A DNA stretch of 25,864 bases, taken from positions 1 through 25,864 of the forward strand of contig CALFKA010000304.1 in NCBI GenBank assembly GCA_937880545.1. The letters run 5' to 3'. A program made the translations under genes and the position numbers. The stretch is from an uncultured Clostridia bacterium (GTDB taxonomy: Bacteria; Bacillota; Clostridia; Peptostreptococcales; Acidaminobacteraceae). The notes under the pieces were generated by a model. It searched no databases. It was not told the DNA's origin and worked only from the letters and a program-made list of their open reading frames with translations. Positions within the stretch are counted from its first letter, which is position 1. Every line of letters begins with the position of its first letter. Below, one piece after another: positions 7,568 through 17,029 of this stretch.

Positions 7568-8802
7568 TATTCTCCTCCCATCGCAAGACGCCAGGCTCTT
7601 CTTAAAAGAGTCGACTGTTCTGTTCTACTAAGCCCGGTCAGTCGCACAATGGCCGCTTCAATCCGACCGAGACTCTTCATGTCTTTTTCTTCTGTCTCCT
7701 TCAGTGCTTTATCGATGTCACGAAGGAGCTCTTCTTCACTTACCACGCGGTATCTGGGGATATCCAGGTCAAAGGCAACCCGCTCCATCCACTCGATCCC
7801 GATCTCCTGATAGCTTCCCTCCTCTTTGCGTCCGAGGATACTGGCAATCAGCGGGATTGTCCGCTCAAAAAATGCACGGCGGTTTCTCTTTCCGGTCTCG
7901 CCAAAGAGCACATTGATGGCTTCCATGTTCTTGAAACTGATGCCGGTAAACCTTCGATAAAAACTGTCTTCATCGCTCTTTTCAATACAGTAGAGTTCCC
8001 CCTGCATCCCTTTTAACTGGCGCAGGGCATCATAGTAACCCATCATCAGGTTCTCTCTTACATGGTCATGACTCGACTGAAGGAGGGTCCCCATCGATTT
8101 GCTCGGAGCAATCACTTCTATATTTTCACCCTTCCGATCGAGATTTGTCCAGAAATCTCGGCGGGTGCGGATGACGTAGATCTTTTCAAACGGACCTTTT
8201 TTAAGCAGTAGGTCCAGCGGCACCTGTTTATAGATACCGCCATCTATGTACTTTGTCTCACTTGGAAGACGAAATCCCGGAAGCGAAGCACTTGCGAGAA
8301 TAAACTCAAGAAGCTTTCCTTCAGGGATATCCTCTTTAAACACCTCGATGACTTTCATGTCGGTGAGGTTGAAGCTGACGAGACCGAAATCTATCGGAGA
8401 GTTTCTGACCTTCTCTTCGTCGATATTTTCTTCCAGGAGATGCAGTAAAGGCGTGATGTCCACTCCCTTATCCCTTAAAATAGCACTCAGCGCAGCCGTC
8501 AATGTCGACAACTGGATATCTCGCAAAGTATTGAAACTCAGAGCAGTGGCCACTTCTTTGCTTCCAAAAAAAACCTCTTCCGGATCAAAATGATCATAGA
8601 TCTCGATCAATTCGTCCAGCTTTCCGGAGATGAGCGCTGCACCATTGATGGCACCGATGCTCGTCCCGGTGACAGCGTCGACAGAAATGCCCGCTTCCTC
8701 CATGGCCAGAAGGGCTCCCGCATGATAGGCGCCTCTCGTTCCCCCGCCTTCGAGCACGAGGCCGATGCGCCCTCTCCTTTGAAGACTCGTTTCTTCTCCC
8801 AT
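7567..8802 (-). CDS. Patatin-like phospholipase family protein, 411 aa
   Basis: Oxyanion motif GGGTRG, nucleophile elbow GTSIG, catalytic DGG; long helical C-terminal extension; TAATG overlap with pgm. Confidence 0.9.
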   Translation of the reverse strand: MGEETSLQRRGRIGLVLEGGGTRGAYHAGALLAMEEAGISVDAVTGTSIGAINGAALISGKLDELIEIYDHFDPEEVFFGSKEVATALSFNTLRDIQLSTLTAALSAILRDKGVDITPLLHLLEENIDEEKVRNSPIDFGLVSFNLTDMKVIEVFKEDIPEGKLLEFILASASLPGFRLPSETKYIDGGIYKQVPLDLLLKKGPFEKIYVIRTRRDFWTNLDRKGENIEVIAPSKSMGTLLQSSHDHVRENLMMGYYDALRQLKGMQGELYCIEKSDEDSFYRRFTGISFKNMEAINVLFGETGKRNRRAFFERTIPLIASILGRKEEGSYQEIGIEWMERVAFDLDIPRYRVVSEEELLRDIDKALKETEEKDMKSLGRIEAAIVRLTGLSRTEQSTLLRRAWRLAMGGE

Positions 8803-8822
8803 TACTGTTCGTTCTTTCTAAG

Positions 8823-8844
8823 AAAAAAGGCAGCCCAGCCGCCT
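8823..8844 (-). terminator. Terminator-like hairpin overlapping the murA stop codon
   Basis: - strand AGGCGGC-TGG-GCTGCCT followed by TTTTTCTT. Confidence 0.55.
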
Positions 8845-10105
8845 AGTCTCTCATTCTTGTAATCCTGGCTCCCACACCACGAAGCTTCTCTTCAATGGAG
8901 ACAAACCCCCTGTCGATGTGGTGAGGCTCAAATACCTCTGTCTTGCCGGTGGCGACAAGCCCTGCCAGAATAAGGGCTGCGCCCGCACGTAGATCGGTAG
9001 AGCGCACCTGTGCGCCTTCTAAGTGATCGACGCCACTGATCATGGCAGAGGAGCCATCCACCTTAATTTTTGCTCCCATACGCATCAATTCGTTCACGTA
9101 GAGAAAGCGGTTTTCAAACACCGTCTCTTTTACAGAGTGAATCCCCTCGGCGACACACAGCATCACCATGAACTGTGCCTGCATGTCGGTAGGAAAGCCC
9201 GGATAGGGCAAGGTCGTGATGTCGACACCCTGAAAACCTTTTGATGCATCGACAAACAGCGCGTCTCCGCGCTCTTCAATGAACACGCCCGACTCCTCGA
9301 GCTTGGAGATGACAGGACGCAAGTGCGTTGCCATCACGTTTTTAATAAGTACCTGTCCACCCGTAAGGGCCGTTGCCACCATGTAGGTACCCGCCTCAAT
9401 GCGGTCGGGAATCACTTGGTGGTGGACACCTTTTAAGGTCTTCACACCTTTGATGCGGATGATGGAGGTGCCGGCGCCACTGATTTTTGCTCCCATTTTT
9501 GTGAGAAAATTCGCTAGGTCTGTGATCTCCGGCTCCTGTGCCGCATTGAAGATGGTCGTCGTGCCGTCTGCCATGACGGCCGCCATCATGATGTTTTCCG
9601 TAGCGCCCACACTCGGGAAGTCCAGGTATACCTGTCCTCCGCTGATCTCCCCTTCCACTGTGCCTTCCACGAAACCGTGGTCGGTTGTGACGGTATAGCC
9701 CATGGTGCGAAACCCTTTGATATGAAGATCAATGGGTCGGGCACCGATCGGGCAACCTCCCGGAAGAGAGACATTGGCGCGTTTTCTCTTTGCCAAAAGC
9801 GGCCCCAGTACGACGATACTGGCGCGCATCTTATTGGTCAGCTCGTACGGAGCGACCGTGATCGTGGGATCGACGACTTCTGTGACCACCCGGTTTTCTT
9901 GCGGGTAGTAGTCTACTTTGCTGCCAAGCGCCTGCAGGAGCTCTATCATCGCACGCACATCGAGGAGATCCGGCACGTCTTCAATGACACATGGACCTTC
10001 TGCGAGCAGGGATGCGGCTAATATTTTCAAAACGGAGTTCTTGGCTCCGCTGACACTGATTTCACCTTTGAGTCCGGGACTTTGTTCAACGACTATTCTT
10101 TCCAT
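8843..10105 (-). CDS. murA: UDP-N-acetylglucosamine 1-carboxyvinyltransferase, 420 aa
   Basis: SGAKNS, MRASIVVLGPLL, active-site loop PGGCPIGARPIDLH with Cys, PDRIEAGT, YPGFPTDMQAQ, DLRAGAAL; GGAGG SD. Confidence 0.98.
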   Translation of the reverse strand: MERIVVEQSPGLKGEISVSGAKNSVLKILAASLLAEGPCVIEDVPDLLDVRAMIELLQALGSKVDYYPQENRVVTEVVDPTITVAPYELTNKMRASIVVLGPLLAKRKRANVSLPGGCPIGARPIDLHIKGFRTMGYTVTTDHGFVEGTVEGEISGGQVYLDFPSVGATENIMMAAVMADGTTTIFNAAQEPEITDLANFLTKMGAKISGAGTSIIRIKGVKTLKGVHHQVIPDRIEAGTYMVATALTGGQVLIKNVMATHLRPVISKLEESGVFIEERGDALFVDASKGFQGVDITTLPYPGFPTDMQAQFMVMLCVAEGIHSVKETVFENRFLYVNELMRMGAKIKVDGSSAMISGVDHLEGAQVRSTDLRAGAALILAGLVATGKTEVFEPHHIDRGFVSIEEKLRGVGARITRMRD

Positions 10106-10123
10106 ATATTTGTGCCTCCATAT

Positions 10124-10453
10124 CTACACAGAGTATAGCATATCAGAGTTCTCTTGCGGGAGCACGTGTGATGTATCCGCATAGACCCGGATACGAGGCT
10201 GTTCCTTCTCAAGTTCCCTTAAAAGCGCGAGAAATCCAAGCCCGTAGTTGTCCAATTCCTCTGTATGCATGACAAAAATGTCAAGAGGAGTGCCCCACGT
10301 ACTCAGAAGATCCCAAAGGGCGTCGAGGTTTCTCCCATAGTAATCGGGGAAGTCAAACGCCACTTTCAGACGCTCATGGAGCGCCTCCCTGTCCTTCATG
10401 CGCCTGCCGTCTAGCCAGACCCAGGACTTAATCGAGTGGTTCGAAGCTGTCAT
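10124..10453 (-). CDS. Barstar family ribonuclease inhibitor, 109 aa
   Basis: FPDYYGRNLDALWDLL matches barstar LPEYYGENLDALWDCL; overlaps the 3' end of the adjacent RNase gene. Confidence 0.92.
   Translation of the reverse strand: MTASNHSIKSWVWLDGRRMKDREALHERLKVAFDFPDYYGRNLDALWDLLSTWGTPLDIFVMHTEELDNYGLGFLALLRELEKEQPRIRVYADTSHVLPQENSDMLYSV
10132..10140 (-). promoter_or_regulatory. Extended -10 promoter (TGcTATACT) for murA inside the barstar 3' end
   Basis: TGnTATACT about 27 nt upstream of the murA ATG, leaving room for the GGAGG SD; no good -35. Confidence 0.5.
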
Positions 10454-10880
10454 AATGGTCTCCTGTATAAAAAATCAGTCCGTCGTTGGAGAAGACGAGA
10501 CGCTGTGGGCCCCTCATTCCTCCTTCGTAACCGATATCGCATTCATAGTAGAGGCGGCCTTTCTTTTCCGGTAGAAGCTTCTCTCGGTTATAGAAGCGGT
10601 CGCCACCGATACTCATTCCAGGCGCTACCTCATGAAGATTGCCTTTTGAAGCAATCCAGCCAAGTTCCTGCGCTTGCTTTTTCGTCAGAAAGTTCGGAGG
10701 CAGCTCCCCATGCTCCCGGAGATAGCCGGCGACTTCTTCTTTGGTGATAAGAGGGGTCTTTGTTTCTTCCTTTGCAGGCTCAGGATCCGTTAACTTGACG
10801 ACGGTACAGCCGGACAAAAAGAAGGCGATCAGTACGATCGCCAGGAGAAGGAAGACGCTCAGAGTGGCCTGCCTTCTCAT
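10428..10880 (-). CDS. Barnase-like guanyl-specific ribonuclease, predicted lipoprotein, 150 aa
   Basis: LPPNFLTKKQAQELGW, KGNLHEVAPGMSIGGDRF, YYECDI, MRGPQRL and DHY align with barnase, with K27/E73/R83/R87/H102 equivalents present; signal peptide ends in lipobox LSGC (Cys25). Confidence 0.92.
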   Translation of the reverse strand: MRRQATLSVFLLLAIVLIAFFLSGCTVVKLTDPEPAKEETKTPLITKEEVAGYLREHGELPPNFLTKKQAQELGWIASKGNLHEVAPGMSIGGDRFYNREKLLPEKKGRLYYECDIGYEGGMRGPQRLVFSNDGLIFYTGDHYDSFEPLD

Positions 10881-11512
10881 GAGACCTCCTCCTTCGCAAT
10901 GATCTCTTTGACCTTCATGAGCCGAGTGATAGTGGCTCGTTCGTTTTCATCGAGTTTCATGCGGATATAGCGGATCGTCTCCTCCAGGTCCGGAATGGTG
11001 CGATACTCGAGGGCGTTGACGCGTCTTCTTGTCTTTTCAATCTCGAGCGCCATAAGCTGGGTCGCTTTTTCCATCTGGGCAAGCTCTAAGAGCCGCTCAG
11101 ACACCTTTTCCAGTTTTCGGATGGCTTCATCGAGCTGGGCAGAGGTCGAGCCGTAACCATAAGGGTAGAGATCCCCCGTCGTGCGCACAAAGCGCATCTT
11201 CGGGATCAACACGCTCATGACATTTTCCACTTCGATCTCGACGCCCAAGGTCGTCCCCGGCATCGCCAGGGCTTCTTCAATCATCTGCGGGCTCATTAGA
11301 GCGGCGACAAGCCGGAAGTCCGAAAAGGCTTCCATCAGCTCTGCCTCTACTTCGATGCGCAGACTCTTGTTGGCGCGGATGCGTTCAATGAACTGGCGCA
11401 TCAGCTCGTCCTGCTTATCCTTGAGCAGTTTGTGGCCGCGTGCGGCTGTCTTCAGGCGAGTCCTGAGGATACTCAGCTGCATGCGGGTAGGGTTGACGTT
11501 TAACCTGGCCAT
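10877..11512 (-). CDS. ntpD: V/A-type ATP synthase subunit D, 211 aa
   Basis: NVNPTRM, RGHKLLKDKQD, EIEKTRRRVNALEY. Confidence 0.97.
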   Translation of the reverse strand: MARLNVNPTRMQLSILRTRLKTAARGHKLLKDKQDELMRQFIERIRANKSLRIEVEAELMEAFSDFRLVAALMSPQMIEEALAMPGTTLGVEIEVENVMSVLIPKMRFVRTTGDLYPYGYGSTSAQLDEAIRKLEKVSERLLELAQMEKATQLMALEIEKTRRRVNALEYRTIPDLEETIRYIRMKLDENERATITRLMKVKEIIAKEEVS

Positions 11513-11521
11513 GGATGATCC

Positions 11522-12898
11522 TTATTCTTGCTTATCGAGATATTTCTCGAGATAGGCGTCGCGGATACGTTTGAGTTCCGTTCTGGGAATGATGCGAAGC
11601 AGCTCCCATCCCAGATCCAGTGTCTCGGTAATCGAGCGGTTCGCTCCGTAGCCTTGATTGACGTAGCGTCTGTCAAAGGCATCGGTGAACTTACTAAATG
11701 CGCGGTCCGCTTCCGAAAGAGCGGAGTCGCCGAGAATGACGGCCAGCTCTCTCGCTTCTCTTCCGGCGGTATAGGCGGCATAAATCTGGTTCATCGTATC
11801 GGCGTGGTCTTCACGGGTCTTGCCTTCGCCGATTCCCTTATCCTTCAGACGTGACAGCGAGGGCACCACATTGATGGGCGGCTCCAGACCGCTGCGGTGA
11901 AGCTCTCTTGATAGAATGATCTGTCCCTCGGTAATATAGCCGGTGAGGTCGGGGATCGGGTGTGTGATATCATCTTCGGGCATCGTCAGAATCGGAATCT
12001 GCGTGATCGATCCGACGCGTCCACGGATGCGGCCGGCTCTCTCATAGAGAGACGCAAGGTCTGTATAGAGATATCCCGGATAGCCTCTTCGTCCGGGCAC
12101 TTCTTTTCGGGCAGCCGACACTTCGCGCAGCGCTTCTGCGTAGTTCGTCATATCTGTCAAGATGACGAGGACGTGCATATCCTTTTCATACGCTAGGTAC
12201 TCTGCGGCGGTGAGAGCCATCTTCGGAGTTGCCAGGCGCTCGATCGCCGGGTCATCGGCGAGATTGATAAAGAGCGTGGCGCGCTCGATAGCGCCCGACT
12301 CCGTGAAGTCATCGATGAAAAACTGAGCCTCCTCAAAGGTGATGCCCATTGCGGCAAAGACGACCGCGAACTTCTCATCCGTCCCAAGGACGTTCGCTTG
12401 CCTTGCGATCTGCGCAGCTACCTGATTGTGAGGTAGACCCGAGGCCGAGAAGATCGGCAGTTTCTGGCCACGCACGAGGGTGTTGAGCCCGTCGATGCAG
12501 GAAATCCCCGTCTGGATAAACTCCTCCGGATAGTCACGTGAAGCCGGGTTCATGGCAGAGCCGTTGATGTCGATGCGGGCTTCTGCGATGATGGCGGGTC
12601 CGCCATCCATGGGACTTCCCAGTCCATCAAAGATGCGTCCGATCATGTCGGTCGACACCCCGAGTTCCAGAGGTCTTCCCAGAAAGCGCACACTAGTCTG
12701 TTCGAGGTTGATGCCGGCAGAGCCTTCAAAGAGCTGGACCATGGCGCGGTCTCTGTCGATCTCGAGCACACGGCCTCTTCGCTTCTCTCCGTTTTGCAGC
12801 TGCACCTCGACGAGTTCTTCATATTTTACGCCGTCGACCCCTTCGACAATGACGAGGGGCCCTACGACTTCCTTGAGAGATTTATATTCCTTTAACAC
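11522..12898 (-). CDS. ntpB: V/A-type ATP synthase subunit B, 458 aa
   Basis: [44 protein letters not shown]; GTG start overlaps the subunit A stop. Confidence 0.98.
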   Translation of the reverse strand: MLKEYKSLKEVVGPLVIVEGVDGVKYEELVEVQLQNGEKRRGRVLEIDRDRAMVQLFEGSAGINLEQTSVRFLGRPLELGVSTDMIGRIFDGLGSPMDGGPAIIAEARIDINGSAMNPASRDYPEEFIQTGISCIDGLNTLVRGQKLPIFSASGLPHNQVAAQIARQANVLGTDEKFAVVFAAMGITFEEAQFFIDDFTESGAIERATLFINLADDPAIERLATPKMALTAAEYLAYEKDMHVLVILTDMTNYAEALREVSAARKEVPGRRGYPGYLYTDLASLYERAGRIRGRVGSITQIPILTMPEDDITHPIPDLTGYITEGQIILSRELHRSGLEPPINVVPSLSRLKDKGIGEGKTREDHADTMNQIYAAYTAGREARELAVILGDSALSEADRAFSKFTDAFDRRYVNQGYGANRSITETLDLGWELLRIIPRTELKRIRDAYLEKYLDKQE

Positions 12899-14661
12899 TA
12901 GTTCCTCCTCTGAGCGATCAGGCCTTCGATGCTCTCGCGGATCTCTCTGCTGATGTCATCGAGCGCTCCCTCTTCTTCTTCCGAGAGATATTTGCTTCTG
13001 GCGATGCGCTCACGCACCGGCAGTTTTTCAATCTCACCCAGGTAGACACCTTCGCCCAGTGCCTTCTGCGCCTCATGATAGAACGCGAGGATCATGCCGA
13101 GCATCTTGTTCTGCTTATTCAGCGAACAGAAGGTGTCGACATCGTGGAAGGCATTCTGCTGGAGGAAGTCTTCCCGCAGACTCTTAGCCACTTCGAGTTT
13201 GAGCTGATCAGATTCACTGAGCGTATCGCGTCCGACGAGTCGCACGATTTCCTGCAGTCCCGATTCTTCCTGGAGAAGCACCATGGCCGCTTTTCGGTTG
13301 GCGGAGAAGTTTTCATCGACATGCGCGTCGAAGTACTCATCCATCTTCTCCTGATAGAGACTGTAGGAATTGAGCCAGTTGATGGCCGGGAAGTGACGGG
13401 CGTAGCTGAGGGCGTAGTCGAGGCCCCAGAAAACCTTGACAATGCGAAGGGTCGACTGGCTGACCGGCTCCGAAATATCGCCTCCCGGAGGAGACACGGC
13501 CCCGATGACCGTCAGAGCGCCTTCGCGCGGTTCGGCTCCGATTGAGAGCACTTTTCCTGCGCGCTCATAGAAGTCGGCCACGCGGCTCGAAAGATACGCA
13601 GGATACCCTTCGTCACCGGGCATCTCCTCCAGACGACCACTCATCTCACGGAGGGCTTCCGCCCATCGAGAGGTGGAGTCAGCCATCAAGGCGACGGAGT
13701 AGCCCATATCGCGGAAGTACTCGGCAATCGTAATCCCCGTGTAGATGGACGCTTCACGCGCCGCCACAGGCATATTAGATGTATTGGCGATGAGCACGGT
13801 TCTCTTCATGAGAGACTCGCCACTCACGGGATCGAGGAGTTCGGGGAACTCCATCAACACGTCTGTCATCTCATTGCCGCGCTCGCCGCAGCCGACATAG
13901 ACGATGATCTCCGCATCAGCCCACTTGGCGAGTTGGTGCTGGATGACGGTTTTACCGGAACCAAATGGTCCGGGAATGGCCGCGGCGCCGCCTTTTGCCA
14001 CCGGGAAGAACGTGTCGACGACACGCTGTCCGGTCACAAGCGGAACCGTCGGGTCGAGTTTTTTCAGGTAGGGGCGTCCTCTGCGCACAGGCCATCTCTG
14101 AAGAAGGCTGAGCTCTCTGTCGCCATCTTCTGTCTTCACGATAGCGACGGTGTCTTCCACGTGGAAGCTGCCGGCTTCGATGCGAGTGACTTCTCCCGAT
14201 ACATGGGGAGGTACCATGATGCGGTGCTCGATGACGGCATTTTCCTGCACGGTGCCGAGGATGTCCCCACCCTGCACCTTATCTCCGACAGCGCATTTGG
14301 GCACAAAGTCCCAGAGTTTCTCGCGGTCGAGAGAAGGCAGCTGGCTTCCCTTTAACAGGAAGTCTCCTTCCTCTTCACGAAGCGCCGCCAACGGACGCTG
14401 AATACCATCAAAGATCTGCTCGAGCATGCCGGGACCGAGTTCCACCGACAGGGGCGTCCCCGTCGTGTATACTTCTTCACCCGGACCGATGCCCGTCGTC
14501 TCTTCATAGACCTGAATGGAGGCTCTGTCTTCACGCATTTCAATAATCTCGCCGATGAGGCGATTTTGGGAGACTTGGACGACGTCATAGACGTTCGCCT
14601 CTTCCATCCCCTCGGCCACGACCAGCGGGCCGGATACTTTAAGAATTTTTCCTACTTTCAT
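12898..14661 (-). CDS. ntpA: V/A-type ATP synthase subunit A (catalytic), 587 aa
   Basis: Walker [41 protein letters not shown]; no intein-sized insertion. Confidence 0.98.
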   Translation of the reverse strand: MKVGKILKVSGPLVVAEGMEEANVYDVVQVSQNRLIGEIIEMREDRASIQVYEETTGIGPGEEVYTTGTPLSVELGPGMLEQIFDGIQRPLAALREEEGDFLLKGSQLPSLDREKLWDFVPKCAVGDKVQGGDILGTVQENAVIEHRIMVPPHVSGEVTRIEAGSFHVEDTVAIVKTEDGDRELSLLQRWPVRRGRPYLKKLDPTVPLVTGQRVVDTFFPVAKGGAAAIPGPFGSGKTVIQHQLAKWADAEIIVYVGCGERGNEMTDVLMEFPELLDPVSGESLMKRTVLIANTSNMPVAAREASIYTGITIAEYFRDMGYSVALMADSTSRWAEALREMSGRLEEMPGDEGYPAYLSSRVADFYERAGKVLSIGAEPREGALTVIGAVSPPGGDISEPVSQSTLRIVKVFWGLDYALSYARHFPAINWLNSYSLYQEKMDEYFDAHVDENFSANRKAAMVLLQEESGLQEIVRLVGRDTLSESDQLKLEVAKSLREDFLQQNAFHDVDTFCSLNKQNKMLGMILAFYHEAQKALGEGVYLGEIEKLPVRERIARSKYLSEEEEGALDDISREIRESIEGLIAQRRN

Positions 14662-14674
14662 ATATGCCTCACCT

Positions 14675-14983
14675 CTAGAGAATGTTGGATCCGATCGCTC
14701 TCTCTACACTCTTGTCGATCTTGGCCAGGCCATGACCCATACTCCCGCTTGCCGAGGGAATGAGGATGATGGCCGGTGTCAGCTGATGGTCATAGCGCTC
14801 GATCGTCTCAGGTACCTGAGCGGCCAGTTCTTCCGTGATGAAGATGACCCCCACGCCTTCCTCGGCGCAGGCATCGAGCTGGTTGCGGGTCCGGTTCGGA
14901 TTCTCGGGTGTATAGACCGCCAGACCCAGTGCTTTAAATGCCAGGACGCTCTGGGCGTCTCCAATGACGGCGACTTTATGCAT
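14675..14983 (-). CDS. ntpG: V/A-type ATP synthase subunit F (Enterococcus name NtpG), 102 aa
   Basis: [16 protein letters not shown] and PAIILIPS motifs; start reassigned to the ATG at 14983 overlapping the subunit C stop. Confidence 0.93.
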   Translation of the reverse strand: MHKVAVIGDAQSVLAFKALGLAVYTPENPNRTRNQLDACAEEGVGVIFITEELAAQVPETIERYDHQLTPAIILIPSASGSMGHGLAKIDKSVERAIGSNIL

Positions 14984-15965
14984 GGCGGCGAATCCTTTCT
15001 CGAATGCGCGCAGGTTCGATGTCACTGATCTTGCTGACCAATACCACTCGCAGGTTGCGCACTTCGTTTTCCAGTTGAATCATAAAGTTAAACAGCACTT
15101 CGGGGCCAAAGGTGATACCGGCGCCATCCTGCATCGTCTTTAGCAAGTAGAGATCAAACGCCCTCTCCAGTGCCGAGAGCCGCTGTTCTTTCTCCCAGGC
15201 TCCTCTGGCACTCTGTACGAGTGCATCGGGAAGCTGATGCCTCAGGGCATCCAGGAGAGAAGTTACGGAGGAAAAGTACTGGCTCTTCAGTGTCTCTACA
15301 TCGGCGCGACCACCCGGGACGAGGAGTCCATCGAGCGCACTCAGGTCGAGCTTTCGCCCCTGTGCCCGAAGAAGGGTCAAGATATTGTAGAAGTCAACGC
15401 TTAGGGAAGCGTAGTCTTTTAGGAGCGCATTGTCGAGATCCTCTGCGATGCGCAGCAGCGAAGCCAGGTAGTGGTGGTCGAGTGGATGCGCAAGAGCCTG
15501 CGGATCTTGGCTCCCTTCATAGGCTTCCATCGCCTCCTGCAGATGTTTGGGCAGGGCAGAAGCTCTTTCTGTGCTTCGAAGAGCTACTCTTCCCGCCGTC
15601 ACATCTTCTGTGCCGAGTGGCATGATCAAATCATCCAGCGGTCGGTCAAGCAAGTGCTCCTTCAGGAGTACTTTTTCATTGTGTGTATCGTAGCGCAGTC
15701 GCAGAAGGGAAAGGAGTTCAGGCTGCTTGGTAAAGCGCATCATCTCCTCATACTCTTCGCGCAGCCGCTCACTCAAAGCCTGCTCAAAGTCTCTCGGGTC
15801 ATCGAGTTTTTGAAGGAGAACACCATAGACCGTCTCCTGTAGGACGCGAAGAGCATCCTCGAGAGAAGACGCTTCAATGAGCCTCTCCCACTGTTCCCGA
15901 GTCAGGAAACTCTTTTCGCGTACTCGCACAAATGTCGACGCCTGGACATAATCCTGCGCACGCAT
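14976..15965 (-). CDS. ntpC: V/A-type ATP synthase subunit C, 329 aa
   Basis: Position between E and F; RVREKSFLT N-terminus and ENEVRNLRVVL C-terminus. Confidence 0.92.
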   Translation of the reverse strand: MRAQDYVQASTFVRVREKSFLTREQWERLIEASSLEDALRVLQETVYGVLLQKLDDPRDFEQALSERLREEYEEMMRFTKQPELLSLLRLRYDTHNEKVLLKEHLLDRPLDDLIMPLGTEDVTAGRVALRSTERASALPKHLQEAMEAYEGSQDPQALAHPLDHHYLASLLRIAEDLDNALLKDYASLSVDFYNILTLLRAQGRKLDLSALDGLLVPGGRADVETLKSQYFSSVTSLLDALRHQLPDALVQSARGAWEKEQRLSALERAFDLYLLKTMQDGAGITFGPEVLFNFMIQLENEVRNLRVVLVSKISDIEPARIRERIRRHA

Positions 15966-15967
15966 GA

Positions 15968-16531
15968 TTATTCCTTCCCTTCAAGCAGCACCGACAGGAC
16001 ATCTTTTTCCAGTTCACTCCGACGAAAATCGAGAAGCTCAGAAAAATCAAAGTTGAATCTCGCAGGACCCGTGTCTACCACGAAGCCGCTCTCGAGATCC
16101 TCCCCCGCTTCTACCTTCACTCCAAGATGCATCTGCCGGACTTTCTCCAGCCGAACAGGGGGCACCAAAAGGACCGCTTCCGGCCCACAGTCGAGCCTTC
16201 CAAGGGTCTTCTGAAGAAACTGCGCATAGTCGTCTTCGCTCAGATCCCGCAGGGATGCCCCGGCCGCCTCAAAGGCGCGGTCGAGGAGTTCTTGGCGTGC
16301 TTTGAGCTGCATGTCGCGACTCTCCAGCATCGCTCCGCTTACCAGCCTCTCTCCCATCGCAGTAGCCGCTCGCTCAGCTCGGGAGAATTCCCTCTCCTGC
16401 TCAGCCTGCGACTCTTTCCGATGCGCCAGGAGTTGATGGCTCGTCTCATCCTTCGCTTCTTTCACCAGCGCTTCTGCCTGTTCCGCTGCCTCGGATAAAA
16501 TTTTTTCCGTAATCTTTTCAATCGTAGACAA
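15968..16531 (-). CDS. ntpE: V/A-type ATP synthase subunit E, 187 aa
   Basis: Charged coiled-coil N-terminus (IEKITEKILSEA), C-terminal SGFVV..NFDF; TTG start with AGGAG SD. Confidence 0.92.
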   Translation of the reverse strand: MSTIEKITEKILSEAAEQAEALVKEAKDETSHQLLAHRKESQAEQEREFSRAERAATAMGERLVSGAMLESRDMQLKARQELLDRAFEAAGASLRDLSEDDYAQFLQKTLGRLDCGPEAVLLVPPVRLEKVRQMHLGVKVEAGEDLESGFVVDTGPARFNFDFSELLDFRRSELEKDVLSVLLEGKE

Positions 16532-16546
16532 GATAATCTCCTGACA

Positions 16547-17029
<483 letters not shown>

